Sequence record: PZ871099.1
Length of the DNA stretch: 51,075 nt
Reading direction: 5' to 3' (one strand)
Source of the DNA: a phage
Of this stretch, positions 20,569 through 28,818 are shown one piece after another. Made by a program: the position numbers and the translations under genes. The notes beneath the pieces are model-generated. The model was not told the DNA's origin, did not search any database, and worked only from the letters and a program-made list of their open reading frames with translations. Each line of letters begins with the position of its first letter. Positions within the stretch are counted from its first letter, which is position 1.

Positions 20569-21181
20569 AATCATAGTGTGATGAATTTATAACCAAAACA
20601 GATGAAGCCGTGTAAATACCAACAGGACCAGAAGTTTGTGCAACCTGCCTAGATAAAGAATATACCCCGTTGCCATACGCGGCAGCTTGAGACTCAAATA
20701 TCATGAATCCACCTAAAGACGGATTACGCACAGAGTTTAAAGCTGTTAGTGATGGCATGATGGCGCAAGGGTATCCCAAGTTAACGTCAAAAGTGATCCC
20801 GCTTACAGATACAAGTTTTGCATCCAAAGGCTTCATCTTTCCATGATAAACCATCTCACCATTAGCATTATAAAAAGCTATTCCGTGACTACCAGGAGGA
20901 GTAACCATATTGCTAAAAGCATAAACAAATACCTCACCTTGATTGTCGGACTTTTCTATCTTTATTGCGTGCTTCCCACCATTATTAAACTGAGTAAATG
21001 CTATGTATGATTTTGATGTTAATCTTACAAAAAAGAAGCACGGTCTATTTATTGGTATAGAAGTATTAAAAACGGTTCCTGTTTTTGCTGATATTTTACC
21101 TTTATCTATAAGGTTAACAGGAGTGAAATCTGGACTTAACCACAATGATCCGTCTGGTTTTTTTATGCTCATCCCGTACAT
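20567..21181 (-). CDS. hypothetical protein (candidate receptor-binding or tail accessory protein)
   Basis: about 204 aa from ATG 21181 (track start 21193 is TTG); last gene of a three-gene minus cassette ending at a bidirectional terminator. Confidence 0.3.
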   Translation of the reverse strand: MYGMSIKKPDGSLWLSPDFTPVNLIDKGKISAKTGTVFNTSIPINRPCFFFVRLTSKSYIAFTQFNNGGKHAIKIEKSDNQGEVFVYAFSNMVTPPGSHGIAFYNANGEMVYHGKMKPLDAKLVSVSGITFDVNLGYPCAIMPSLTALNSVRNPSLGGFMIFESQAAAYGNGVYSLSRQVAQTSGPVGIYTASSVLVINSSHYD

Positions 21182-21183
21182 TA

Positions 21184-21462
21184 TTACCCCCAAAAAGTAT
21201 ATATATATCTTGAGTCAGATCCAGAAAGTCCGCTCCATGTAACGGTATCACCACTTACACCTAAACTTGGAGCGCCAGGATCTCCTCCGCGCCACGAATT
21301 CATTCCAACATATATTGCTTTCAACGACTTACCTGGCGGCCTGTTTGAGTAGGTCTTACTGCCAGATGATTGAGTAAATTTATCCAAGAAAAAAACTGGA
21401 GTTAAAAGGCCAGTAACATTTCTACCTTGCTCATCATATATTGCATACCCATATTCAGCCAT
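21184..21462 (-). CDS. hypothetical protein
   Basis: 92 aa; shares G(Y/I)A(I/F)Y motif with the downstream gene; stop 2 nt before the next ATG. Confidence 0.3.
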   Translation of the reverse strand: MAEYGYAIYDEQGRNVTGLLTPVFFLDKFTQSSGSKTYSNRPPGKSLKAIYVGMNSWRGGDPGAPSLGVSGDTVTWSGLSGSDSRYIYTFWG

Positions 21463-21736
21463 TTTTGCACCTCAAATCAATGAATTTTCTTTCATCTTGC
21501 CAACGGTTGATAAATTTAACTTCTTTATTGTCAACGCTCAACCTGTATTGCTTTTGGCTGAATCTGTTTTCGCGTACCGCATTAATTTTAACTTCATGGA
21601 ATCCGTTAACAGGGAATGTTTTAACGTTAAATTTTGCCGTGCAATCGATCTCCTTGAAGTTGCCAGTAGGCGAAGAAGAACATCCGGTCAGGGCGGCTAC
21701 GGTGGCGATAACTGCGATTAATTTTTTCATCTTCAA
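21455..21736 (-). CDS. lipoprotein (candidate Cor/Llp-like superinfection exclusion protein)
   Basis: Signal peptide with lipobox LTGC (MKMKKLIAVIATVAALTGCSS); own upstream motif copy. Confidence 0.5.
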   Translation of the reverse strand: MKMKKLIAVIATVAALTGCSSSPTGNFKEIDCTAKFNVKTFPVNGFHEVKINAVRENRFSQKQYRLSVDNKEVKFINRWQDERKFIDLRCKNG

Positions 21737-21787
21737 TACTCCTTAGTTGTTGTTGGCTGTAACTATACACGATCCGGCAAGCCGAGT

Positions 21788-21806
21788 TTAGCAAAAAGTG
21801 CTACTT
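21788..21806 (-). promoter_or_regulatory. conserved intergenic motif copy, degenerate
   Basis: Minus strand reads AGTAGCACTTTTTGCTAAAC, then TATAGT, upstream of the lipoprotein gene. Confidence 0.5.
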
Positions 21807-21879
21807 GTTATTTTTTGTTTTACGGTGTTATCGGATTTAAGACGGCGTAAATTTAGCGCAAATTTTATCCAACATAAGA

Positions 21880-22170
21880 ACAATAAATAATCAATAAAAT
21901 AGGTATATACATATAAAATCAATAGTTTATTTATTTATGTATGTATATTTGTTTTTTCTTGTTATCTGTGTTTCTTGTGGTTTTGGTTGTTTGTGGTGAT
22001 TTTTCTTTCTGAGTATCTGTATGTGCCATCATTCATGTGTATGTATATAATCCGGCGTATATGAGAGAACAAGGGAACAAGAAAAATAACACATATTAAT
22101 CATTAACTTACGCGTCAAATTTGTTTTATTGCCATCTGAGAACGTTTAGAAAACAGAAAAAACAAAACAA
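21880..22170. repeat. GT/AT-rich non-coding module, copy A
   Basis: Shares TTATTTATTTAT, GTTTTTTCTTGTT, TGGTTTTGGTTGTTTGTGGTG, TGTATGTATATAAT, AAAAATAACA with copy B. Confidence 0.6.
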
Positions 22171-22173
22171 CTA

Positions 22174-22201
22174 TTGACTAAATCAACCAAATGGCTACAA
22201 T
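22174..22201 (+). promoter_or_regulatory. canonical sigma70 promoter (TTGACT-16-TACAAT)
   Basis: Read directly; about 30 nt upstream of the recombination module start. Confidence 0.6.
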
Positions 22202-22231
22202 GCACACACAAAGCAACGAGGAGCATTAAAG

Positions 22232-23287
22232 ATGAGTGATTTTAACGCCTATACTAGCGAAGAAATGAGCAATGAGCTTTATCATGATCCTAACGCGTGG
22301 ACGGCTGAATACGTCAGCGGTTCCAGCTTGGCGGAGATTTACAGCACTTGCCCGGCGTACTGGAAGTACAAGCCTCGCCAGGAAACCAAAGCACTTGTTT
22401 TCGGTACGCAGTCGCATACCAATTTTGAAAGCAAGGAGTTATTCGAAAAAACATATCGCCGCGCACCGTCGCAGGATGATTTTAAAGATCTGATCACAAG
22501 TCAAACGGCGTTGGCCTCAAAGCTGAAATCTTTTGGCCTGAAAGGTACGACGGGTAAGCAATACCCCGAATTGCTGGAAATGCTGTACAAGTGCGGTGAG
22601 GATCTCAATGTATGGTGGCTTATCGAAATGATGGCAGAATGCCAGGCCGCAGCGGACGGCGTGCAGCTAATCGACGCGAAAGATTATGATGCCTGTGTAG
22701 CGATGCGGCGCGTACTTGAGGCAATACCTGAGCATAATGCTTGCATGAATAGCCCAACCGCGCAGCGTGAAATGTCAATATTCGGGATCATCAATGGCGT
22801 AAAAGTTAAAGTGCGCCTTGATCACGTTGACGTAAACAAGGATGTAAAGGCCACAATCATTAACGGTTACGACGAAAAAGGCCGACCGATTTATGAAGAA
22901 GTCATCTATCCAGAAGCTGTGATTATCACTGACTATAAAACAACGGTTAGCGCAAATCCTGTTGACTTCCAGCGCCTGGCTTACAATCACGGCTATTATC
23001 TCAAAATGGCTTTGCAGCATGATTTATTTAAAAAGGCGTATCCAGACGAGGAAAGACCAGTAATTGTGAGATTGCTTGCTCAAGAGAAGAAAGAGCCTTA
23101 CTTGCCGCTCGCATTCCGCATGAACATTGAGCAATTGAAGATCGGGCGTATCCAGTACATGAGCGTGATCAACAAGTTCAACGTTTGCCAGCAGTTAGAT
23201 GAATGGCCTTCGTATGCAAACGGACAACCAGAAATTGATCTTGATACTCCTGATTGGGTCCGCGCTCAATTCAGGCAGTATCTATGA
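22232..23287 (+). CDS. PD-(D/E)XK family exonuclease (RecB/RecE-like)
   Basis: 351 aa; RecB-type motif III-like IITDYKTT; first gene of nuclease-annealase-SSB module. Confidence 0.55.
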   Translation: MSDFNAYTSEEMSNELYHDPNAWTAEYVSGSSLAEIYSTCPAYWKYKPRQETKALVFGTQSHTNFESKELFEKTYRRAPSQDDFKDLITSQTALASKLKSFGLKGTTGKQYPELLEMLYKCGEDLNVWWLIEMMAECQAAADGVQLIDAKDYDACVAMRRVLEAIPEHNACMNSPTAQREMSIFGIINGVKVKVRLDHVDVNKDVKATIINGYDEKGRPIYEEVIYPEAVIITDYKTTVSANPVDFQRLAYNHGYYLKMALQHDLFKKAYPDEERPVIVRLLAQEKKEPYLPLAFRMNIEQLKIGRIQYMSVINKFNVCQQLDEWPSYANGQPEIDLDTPDWVRAQFRQYL

Positions 23288-23348
23288 CAAACCAAACAAA
23301 TAGCTAAACTTTTATAATGGTTGGTGATATAATTCGCCAACCAGATAA

Positions 23349-24017
<669 letters not shown>

Positions 24018-24022
24018 TAAAC

Positions 24023-24044
24023 GGGGCGCTTGCGCCCCTTTTGT
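24023..24044 (+). terminator. terminator-like hairpin between annealase and ssb
   Basis: GGGGCGCttGCGCCCC plus TTTTG. Confidence 0.6.
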
Positions 24045-24060
24045 CATAGGAGAAAACAAA

Positions 24061-24513
24061 ATGCACGTTATTACAGGTGAGATCCGAAAAGAGCCAAAAG
24101 TAAAGCAAATGCCTAACGGCAGCACGCTATATATTGTTGAGCTTTCAGAACGATATAAAGACCGTGAAGGCAATTGGCAGTATACAAACTATGTATTTTT
24201 CTTTAACGCGAAAACAGACGGCCTGAATGGTTGGTATGCTGAGGCTTTCCAAGTAGGAAAGGTTATTTCTGTTTCCTGCGATACCTTGCGAGTTGAAACG
24301 CGAGAATACAACGGAAAGATTTACAGCACCGTGCAGCCTGGCGGATTTGCAAACCTGATATTTAGCCAGCGCGGAGAAAGCCAGCAACAATATCAGCAGC
24401 GAACGCAAGGAGGCTGGGGGCAACCACAACAGCAACAGCAACAAAATACTCAACAGCAGCCACAGCAAAGCAATCAGCCGCCGATTGACTTTGACGATGA
24501 TATACCATTCTAA
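24061..24513 (+). CDS. ssb: single-stranded DNA-binding protein
   Basis: OB-fold-like N-terminus, Gln/Gly-rich linker, acidic tail DFDDDIPF; start moved to 24061 because the track extension covers a terminator hairpin. Confidence 0.85.
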   Translation: MHVITGEIRKEPKVKQMPNGSTLYIVELSERYKDREGNWQYTNYVFFFNAKTDGLNGWYAEAFQVGKVISVSCDTLRVETREYNGKIYSTVQPGGFANLIFSQRGESQQQYQQRTQGGWGQPQQQQQQNTQQQPQQSNQPPIDFDDDIPF

Positions 24514-24514
24514 T

Positions 24515-24550
24515 AACAAAAAGCCCCGCATATGCGGGGCATTTTTATTT
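24515..24550. terminator. bidirectional terminator between ssb and the convergent tail fiber gene
   Basis: AAAAAGCCCCGCatatGCGGGGCATTTTT. Confidence 0.8.
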
Positions 24551-27163
24551 GAGATCAACAAGTTTTGCAACCATCGACTTTAATTCGTCAACCTCACTTC
24601 TTAGCGATCGCAATTCCTCCTCCTGCTCTTTGCAAACTTGCAATATGTATGCAGTTACCGCTGAGTAGTCAACTTGTAGAAATCTTTCCTTCCCAATAAG
24701 TTCGCTACCGTCTTTTGTTGGGCCATGCAATTGCTGATAATCCTCAAAAGAACTAATAGCCTCCGGCACAACCTCCATGATCTCTTGAGCTATAACTCCA
24801 GCATAAGGCATACCATCTTTCTTTAACGTGTATGTATACCCACTAACTTTCTCAAGACCTAGCCTTGCATTTTCAATTGGTTTAATGTCAGTTTTCAAAT
24901 CTCTGTCTGACCCCTGGTTAAATGCTGTTGCGTTCACAGGTCCGTTAACTTGCAGGTGTTTAGAGTTATTTGAGTTTAACTGAGCATAGAACACCCACCC
25001 AGGGCCGTTATCAAAACCCCACTCAATAACCGACGCCCTATCAGACCCGTTACCCCATAATTTGAATGTTGCAGGGTGCGACGAGTTGCCGTCGTTAAGC
25101 ATTTTGAAATACTTGCCACTCGGACGGTCGATCTCTAAACTTGCGGCCTGTACATATGCTTTCCCCGCGAAATTCTTAGTTCCGAGTACGACGCCGTCGG
25201 TGATCAATTCAACCTTAGAAGACGTGATGTTGTTCATAAACAGGGCGCCCGTTCCGGTGTCCTTCCCTAAAAACCAAAGACGCGTTCCTGCGGAGTTGTA
25301 CCCTGTTACATGCAGTGGTTGGTTGTTTGTTGACGCCGTTCCGTCGATACGAAAACCGCCATTGGCTGTTGTAACTTTAAGGCTGGGTACGGTCATAGCG
25401 AATGCGCCACTGGCCGCAAGGCCGTTATACGCGATCAGCTTGTTGTCATACGCAAACTCACCATTGTCGCGCATTTGTAGCACTTTCTGCGACGTCCTGT
25501 TGCGAATGCCAACATCAGATCCGCCAACAAACATCTCAACAATTCTAGACCCGCTTTTAGCTCTTACATAAGCATTAAATTCAGGAGATGACCCCGCGTT
25601 ATACAACTCGTACCATTGCGACCAGTTGCCAGTAGCAGCGTTACTAAGCCATCGCATAAAACGACGCCCGCTGCTGAATGTTGTATACGTCTGTATGCAG
25701 CTTTTAGGATCGTTAGCGCCAGTGCGCTGAACAAGTAGGCAGCCTGCCTCCTGAATGGGATAATTACGCTCCGGCGTTGCGCTGGCAGACGTGCTAGTAT
25801 AATAAAATCCAGCCTTATCGCCCTGAAGAACGTTAAGATCTTCGCTTACCAACGATGCCTGTCGCTCGTGCATTACCTGAAGGTTTTTTCTCGCTCCCTG
25901 GTCGTTCGATGCTCCTGTCCCGCCGTCCCCGATCGCCACGTCACCGTTAGCACCCAGCTTCGCCAGTTCAATAGCGCCCACATTTCCAGATGAGCCGTTA
26001 ATCGCGGCATTGTTTCCAGCGAAAACCTTCACGCGAGATGTCTGGTAGTCAACGTTAAACGCAAAAAATGTGTCACCAGCCCCGCCGCACACCCCTGGAC
26101 CATACCTGAACGGCGTCATCTCGCCAGAAGGGAACTGCGTAATATCATGGACGCGCCAGAATCCTCCTTTGACAGTATCGCGCAACCGCTTGAGCATATC
26201 CCTTACGCCAGTAGGCGCAGGTAATGTTACACCAGCATACGGCACTCTATTCTGAGCCTCTGAGCTTCCAGCAGCAGCCGCTGCGCGATCAGCCTCTGTT
26301 TTAGCCTTGTTTGCACTGTTTGCAGCATTAGTTTCAGATGTCTTGGCGTTTGTCTCAGAAGTCTTCGCGGCACTAGCCGAGTTAGCAGCATTAGTTTCCG
26401 ATGTTTTAGCCGCATTCTTACTTGCATTAGCTGCATTTTCAGATGCTTTGGCATTAGTTTCCGATGTTTTAGCAGCAGATGCAGAATTAGCAGCAGCAGC
26501 CTTGTTTGCGCTTGAGTTTGTCTCTGATTCCTTTGCGTTAGCTGCCGCGGCTGAAGCCTCATTCCTGAAATTTTCAGACTCGTATCTATACCTTTGGGCG
26601 TCTGTTTTGCTGGCATTTGCTGAAGTTTCAGATGCTTTTGCATTAGTTTCCGATGTTTTAGCCGCATTCTTACTTGCATTGGCTGCATTTTCAGATGCTT
26701 TGGCATTAGTTTCCGATGTTTTAGCGTTTGTTTCAGAAGTCTTTGCAGCACTAGCGCTTTGTTTTGCTGATTCAGCGCCTTGTTTCACCTGATTTACAAG
26801 ATCTTTCAACCCATCAAGATCGAAATCTCTAAAAAATTCAAGTGCGTCAGCGATCTCCGTTTCCTTGCTTTGATAGTAACGCAGTGTTTCCGCTACGTCC
26901 TGCGCCAGCCCGTCAACCGTTAACGAGTCATGAAGCAAGATCAGGTAATTTGTCTTTTGGACTGCCGCGCCGCCAGTAGTAATTGCGCGAATGCTTGTAT
27001 CGCTAATCACCTCTGTAATCACAGCAGCTTGCAAAGGTTGAGTAAGAAAGAAAATAGTTGCACCTGGGCGAATCAAGGTTAATTGCTCACGCCATTTTGT
27101 ATCGTAACCAGTTACATAACCTTGCGCGTCCATAGACGCTTGGCCTTGTCTGTAAATCGCCAT
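24545..27163 (-). CDS. tail fiber protein with C-terminal intramolecular chaperone (S74-like) domain
   Basis: About 870 aa; Ala/Ser/Thr/Asn-rich repeats ([21 protein letters not shown]...); C-terminal chaperone-like region (...[16 protein letters not shown]...); RBS AGGAGG before ATG 27163. Confidence 0.8.
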   Translation of the reverse strand: MAIYRQGQASMDAQGYVTGYDTKWREQLTLIRPGATIFFLTQPLQAAVITEVISDTSIRAITTGGAAVQKTNYLILLHDSLTVDGLAQDVAETLRYYQSKETEIADALEFFRDFDLDGLKDLVNQVKQGAESAKQSASAAKTSETNAKTSETNAKASENAANASKNAAKTSETNAKASETSANASKTDAQRYRYESENFRNEASAAAANAKESETNSSANKAAAANSASAAKTSETNAKASENAANASKNAAKTSETNAANSASAAKTSETNAKTSETNAANSANKAKTEADRAAAAAGSSEAQNRVPYAGVTLPAPTGVRDMLKRLRDTVKGGFWRVHDITQFPSGEMTPFRYGPGVCGGAGDTFFAFNVDYQTSRVKVFAGNNAAINGSSGNVGAIELAKLGANGDVAIGDGGTGASNDQGARKNLQVMHERQASLVSEDLNVLQGDKAGFYYTSTSASATPERNYPIQEAGCLLVQRTGANDPKSCIQTYTTFSSGRRFMRWLSNAATGNWSQWYELYNAGSSPEFNAYVRAKSGSRIVEMFVGGSDVGIRNRTSQKVLQMRDNGEFAYDNKLIAYNGLAASGAFAMTVPSLKVTTANGGFRIDGTASTNNQPLHVTGYNSAGTRLWFLGKDTGTGALFMNNITSSKVELITDGVVLGTKNFAGKAYVQAASLEIDRPSGKYFKMLNDGNSSHPATFKLWGNGSDRASVIEWGFDNGPGWVFYAQLNSNNSKHLQVNGPVNATAFNQGSDRDLKTDIKPIENARLGLEKVSGYTYTLKKDGMPYAGVIAQEIMEVVPEAISSFEDYQQLHGPTKDGSELIGKERFLQVDYSAVTAYILQVCKEQEEELRSLRSEVDELKSMVAKLVDLK
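26388..26725 (-). repeat. direct repeats inside the tail fiber gene (two 86-bp copies differing at one position, plus partial copies)
   Basis: Copies begin near 26388 and 26640 (GCATTAGTTTCCGATGTTTTAGCCGCATTCTTACTTGCATT...); encode the Ala/Ser/Thr/Asn-rich region. Confidence 0.8.
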
Positions 27164-27179
27164 TTGTAAAATCCTCCTA

Positions 27180-27200
27180 AATAGCACTTTTTGCTAATGA
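27180..27200 (+). promoter_or_regulatory. conserved intergenic motif copy, degenerate (AATAGCACTTTTTGCTAATG)
   Basis: Its complement TTAGCAAAAAGTGCTATTTAGGAGG abuts the tail fiber RBS. Confidence 0.45.
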
Positions 27201-27228
27201 CAATGCAGATAATAGCATTTTCAAGTGC

Positions 27229-27254
27229 AAAAAAAAACCCCGCATAAGCGGGGC
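27229..27254 (-). terminator. rho-independent terminator after primase
   Basis: On minus: CCCCGCttatGCGGGG plus T8. Confidence 0.75.
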
Positions 27255-27269
27255 AATACTAGCGGAGTT

Positions 27270-28199
27270 TTATAGCAGTGATTCGGGCTTGTAGAGTTTT
27301 CTTTCTACGCCCTGTTTAAAATTATCGTTAACAGGCATCATTATGTCAAGACCTCTTTCCTCTGCCGCGATTATCACATCACGATCATCTTTCCGGCAGA
27401 CTACGCGCATTCTTCTTTCTCCTTTATATCTATGCGCAACCATTTCAAGATTTGAAGGAGTAAAACAGGCCCACACCTCTTGACCAGTTGATAAATGAAC
27501 GTGTTGGGAGTCAACCCAATCAAGGCACAAATAGATCGTCTTATCCGTGCTACCTGTTTTAACAACAGATCCGCGCGTGTAGTCGCGAGCTAAAAACCAA
27601 TCCTTTCCATCCTCATCAATGAAAAGCACGTTACACATTTCATCATCCAGCCCGTCATCATGCACCAGGTGACAAGGTAGCGCGTGAATGTATCGACCAT
27701 CCTTGACGCCGCAATCATAATAACAATCTTCCGGCGGATATATCCCCTCATAAACGCTTAAGGGTGTGCGATCGAATTTTAATGTTTTTGCCATCACTTT
27801 TTCGCAGCATTCATGACTTGCCTGTTTCCCGAACGAGTAGCCAGAAGAACGTGAAGCGCGCTTGTTTGCTCTGATCCTGTAATCTTGTGGCACTTTGCCG
27901 AGGAAGCGGCCCAAAATGTTGATGGCCTCGCTGTAAGGTTCGCCAGTTAATTTCATTAACCAACCGATTCCAGTGTCGTTACCGCACACGTTGCAGATCG
28001 CGCCGCCGTCGCCCTCTTCATTTAGCTTATCAGTCCATCTAAAACGATCCTTACCGCCGCAGTGTGGGCAAGGCTGATGCTTTTTGTTGAAAACATCGCT
28101 ATGCAGTCCGCAAATGCTTTGTAGTGCTTCACGCCATAACCCCTTCATATATGGCAAAACATCTTCTTTCTGATAGGTCATAAAGTTTTCAGTATTCAT
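27270..28199 (-). CDS. DNA primase (zinc-binding, putative)
   Basis: Cys motif CPHCGG...CNVCGN, acidic DEDG/DD segments; start trimmed to MNTENF because the track start 28277 lies beyond a terminator hairpin. Confidence 0.5.
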   Translation of the reverse strand: MNTENFMTYQKEDVLPYMKGLWREALQSICGLHSDVFNKKHQPCPHCGGKDRFRWTDKLNEEGDGGAICNVCGNDTGIGWLMKLTGEPYSEAINILGRFLGKVPQDYRIRANKRASRSSGYSFGKQASHECCEKVMAKTLKFDRTPLSVYEGIYPPEDCYYDCGVKDGRYIHALPCHLVHDDGLDDEMCNVLFIDEDGKDWFLARDYTRGSVVKTGSTDKTIYLCLDWVDSQHVHLSTGQEVWACFTPSNLEMVAHRYKGERRMRVVCRKDDRDVIIAAEERGLDIMMPVNDNFKQGVERKLYKPESLL

Positions 28200-28212
28200 G
28201 GCAAACCTCAAT

Positions 28213-28247
28213 AAAAAAGCCCAGCAAATATTATCATTTCGCTGGGC
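28213..28247 (-). terminator. terminator-like hairpin after the HTH gene
   Basis: On minus: GCCCAGCgaaatgataatatttGCTGGGC plus T6; lies inside the track N-terminus of primase. Confidence 0.55.
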
Positions 28248-28254
28248 CTTATCA

Positions 28255-28731
28255 TTAGCTATTCGTGCTGTTATCACCTTTGTAGAATCTTCCGCCTGGT
28301 TCGTAGTCTGAATTTTTGACTACGCGCAACATTTCGTATTTGTCGCAACGGGTAGTAAGAGGCTTGCCGTTAGAATCAAACCGCAGATCTGGACGACAAA
28401 ACGAGGCGCGGTATCCTTTGCATCCATTATATTTGTAGTCGTTATGCACCTTTTGTGCTCCAGCGGCTGAAATCATACCACGCTTTCGCCATTGGTTAAC
28501 TACTTGCTGAGATACGCGTAGACGTCGAGCCATAGCAGGAACACCGCCGTAATACTCGATCAGAATGTCAAGGCGAGATTTCAGGCTTGCTTTTACCTCA
28601 TCTCGCAGGATAAGAAATCCGGTTCGGTGTTTTCGTGGCTTTTTGTCTTTACCTCGTCGCGTTCCGTTGTTACCGTTAATAATGCGCTTGTCGATCTCAC
28701 CCGTAGATACTGCAATTCGTGCATCTTTCAT
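28255..28731 (-). CDS. HTH DNA-binding protein (putative transcription regulator)
   Basis: HTH-like segment MARRLRVSQQVVNQWRKRGMIS; Cys-containing C-terminus. Confidence 0.45.
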   Translation of the reverse strand: MKDARIAVSTGEIDKRIINGNNGTRRGKDKKPRKHRTGFLILRDEVKASLKSRLDILIEYYGGVPAMARRLRVSQQVVNQWRKRGMISAAGAQKVHNDYKYNGCKGYRASFCRPDLRFDSNGKPLTTRCDKYEMLRVVKNSDYEPGGRFYKGDNSTNS

Positions 28732-28742
28732 CTAGTCACCTC

Positions 28743-28763
28743 ATAGCATTTTTTGTTAAAACA
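28743..28763 (+). promoter_or_regulatory. conserved intergenic motif copy between divergent genes
   Basis: ATAGCATTTTTTGTTAAAAC, then 22 nt, then TATTAT before the helicase; complement abuts the RBS of the minus HTH gene. Confidence 0.55.
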
Positions 28764-28818
28764 GTTTATTGTAATGAGTCTATTATATACTCCAAATGGC
28801 ATTTTTTAAAGGTTTAAG

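Noticed and set aside
21184-21193. Programmed frameshift or pseudogene junction between the 92-aa and 204-aa minus-strand genes
   Set aside because: The stop of the first gene is followed 2 nt later by an in-frame ATG for the second, so two adjacent genes is the simpler reading, although the T5G5 run at the junction leaves some doubt.
21441-21746. Plus-strand ORFs 21441..21746 and 21497..21721
   Set aside because: Antisense to the lipoprotein gene, which has a signal peptide, lipobox and its own upstream element; no signals support the plus-strand ORFs.
26227-26792. Alternative-frame ORFs 26227..26751 (-) and 26307..26792 (+) inside the tail fiber gene
   Set aside because: They are produced by the tandem DNA repeats; the translations are repetitive low-complexity and overlap a well-supported gene.
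27200-28277. Track N-terminal extension of the primase ORF (start 28277)
   Set aside because: The extension contains a terminator hairpin and overlaps the end of the upstream HTH gene; the internal Met at 28199 is the more plausible start.
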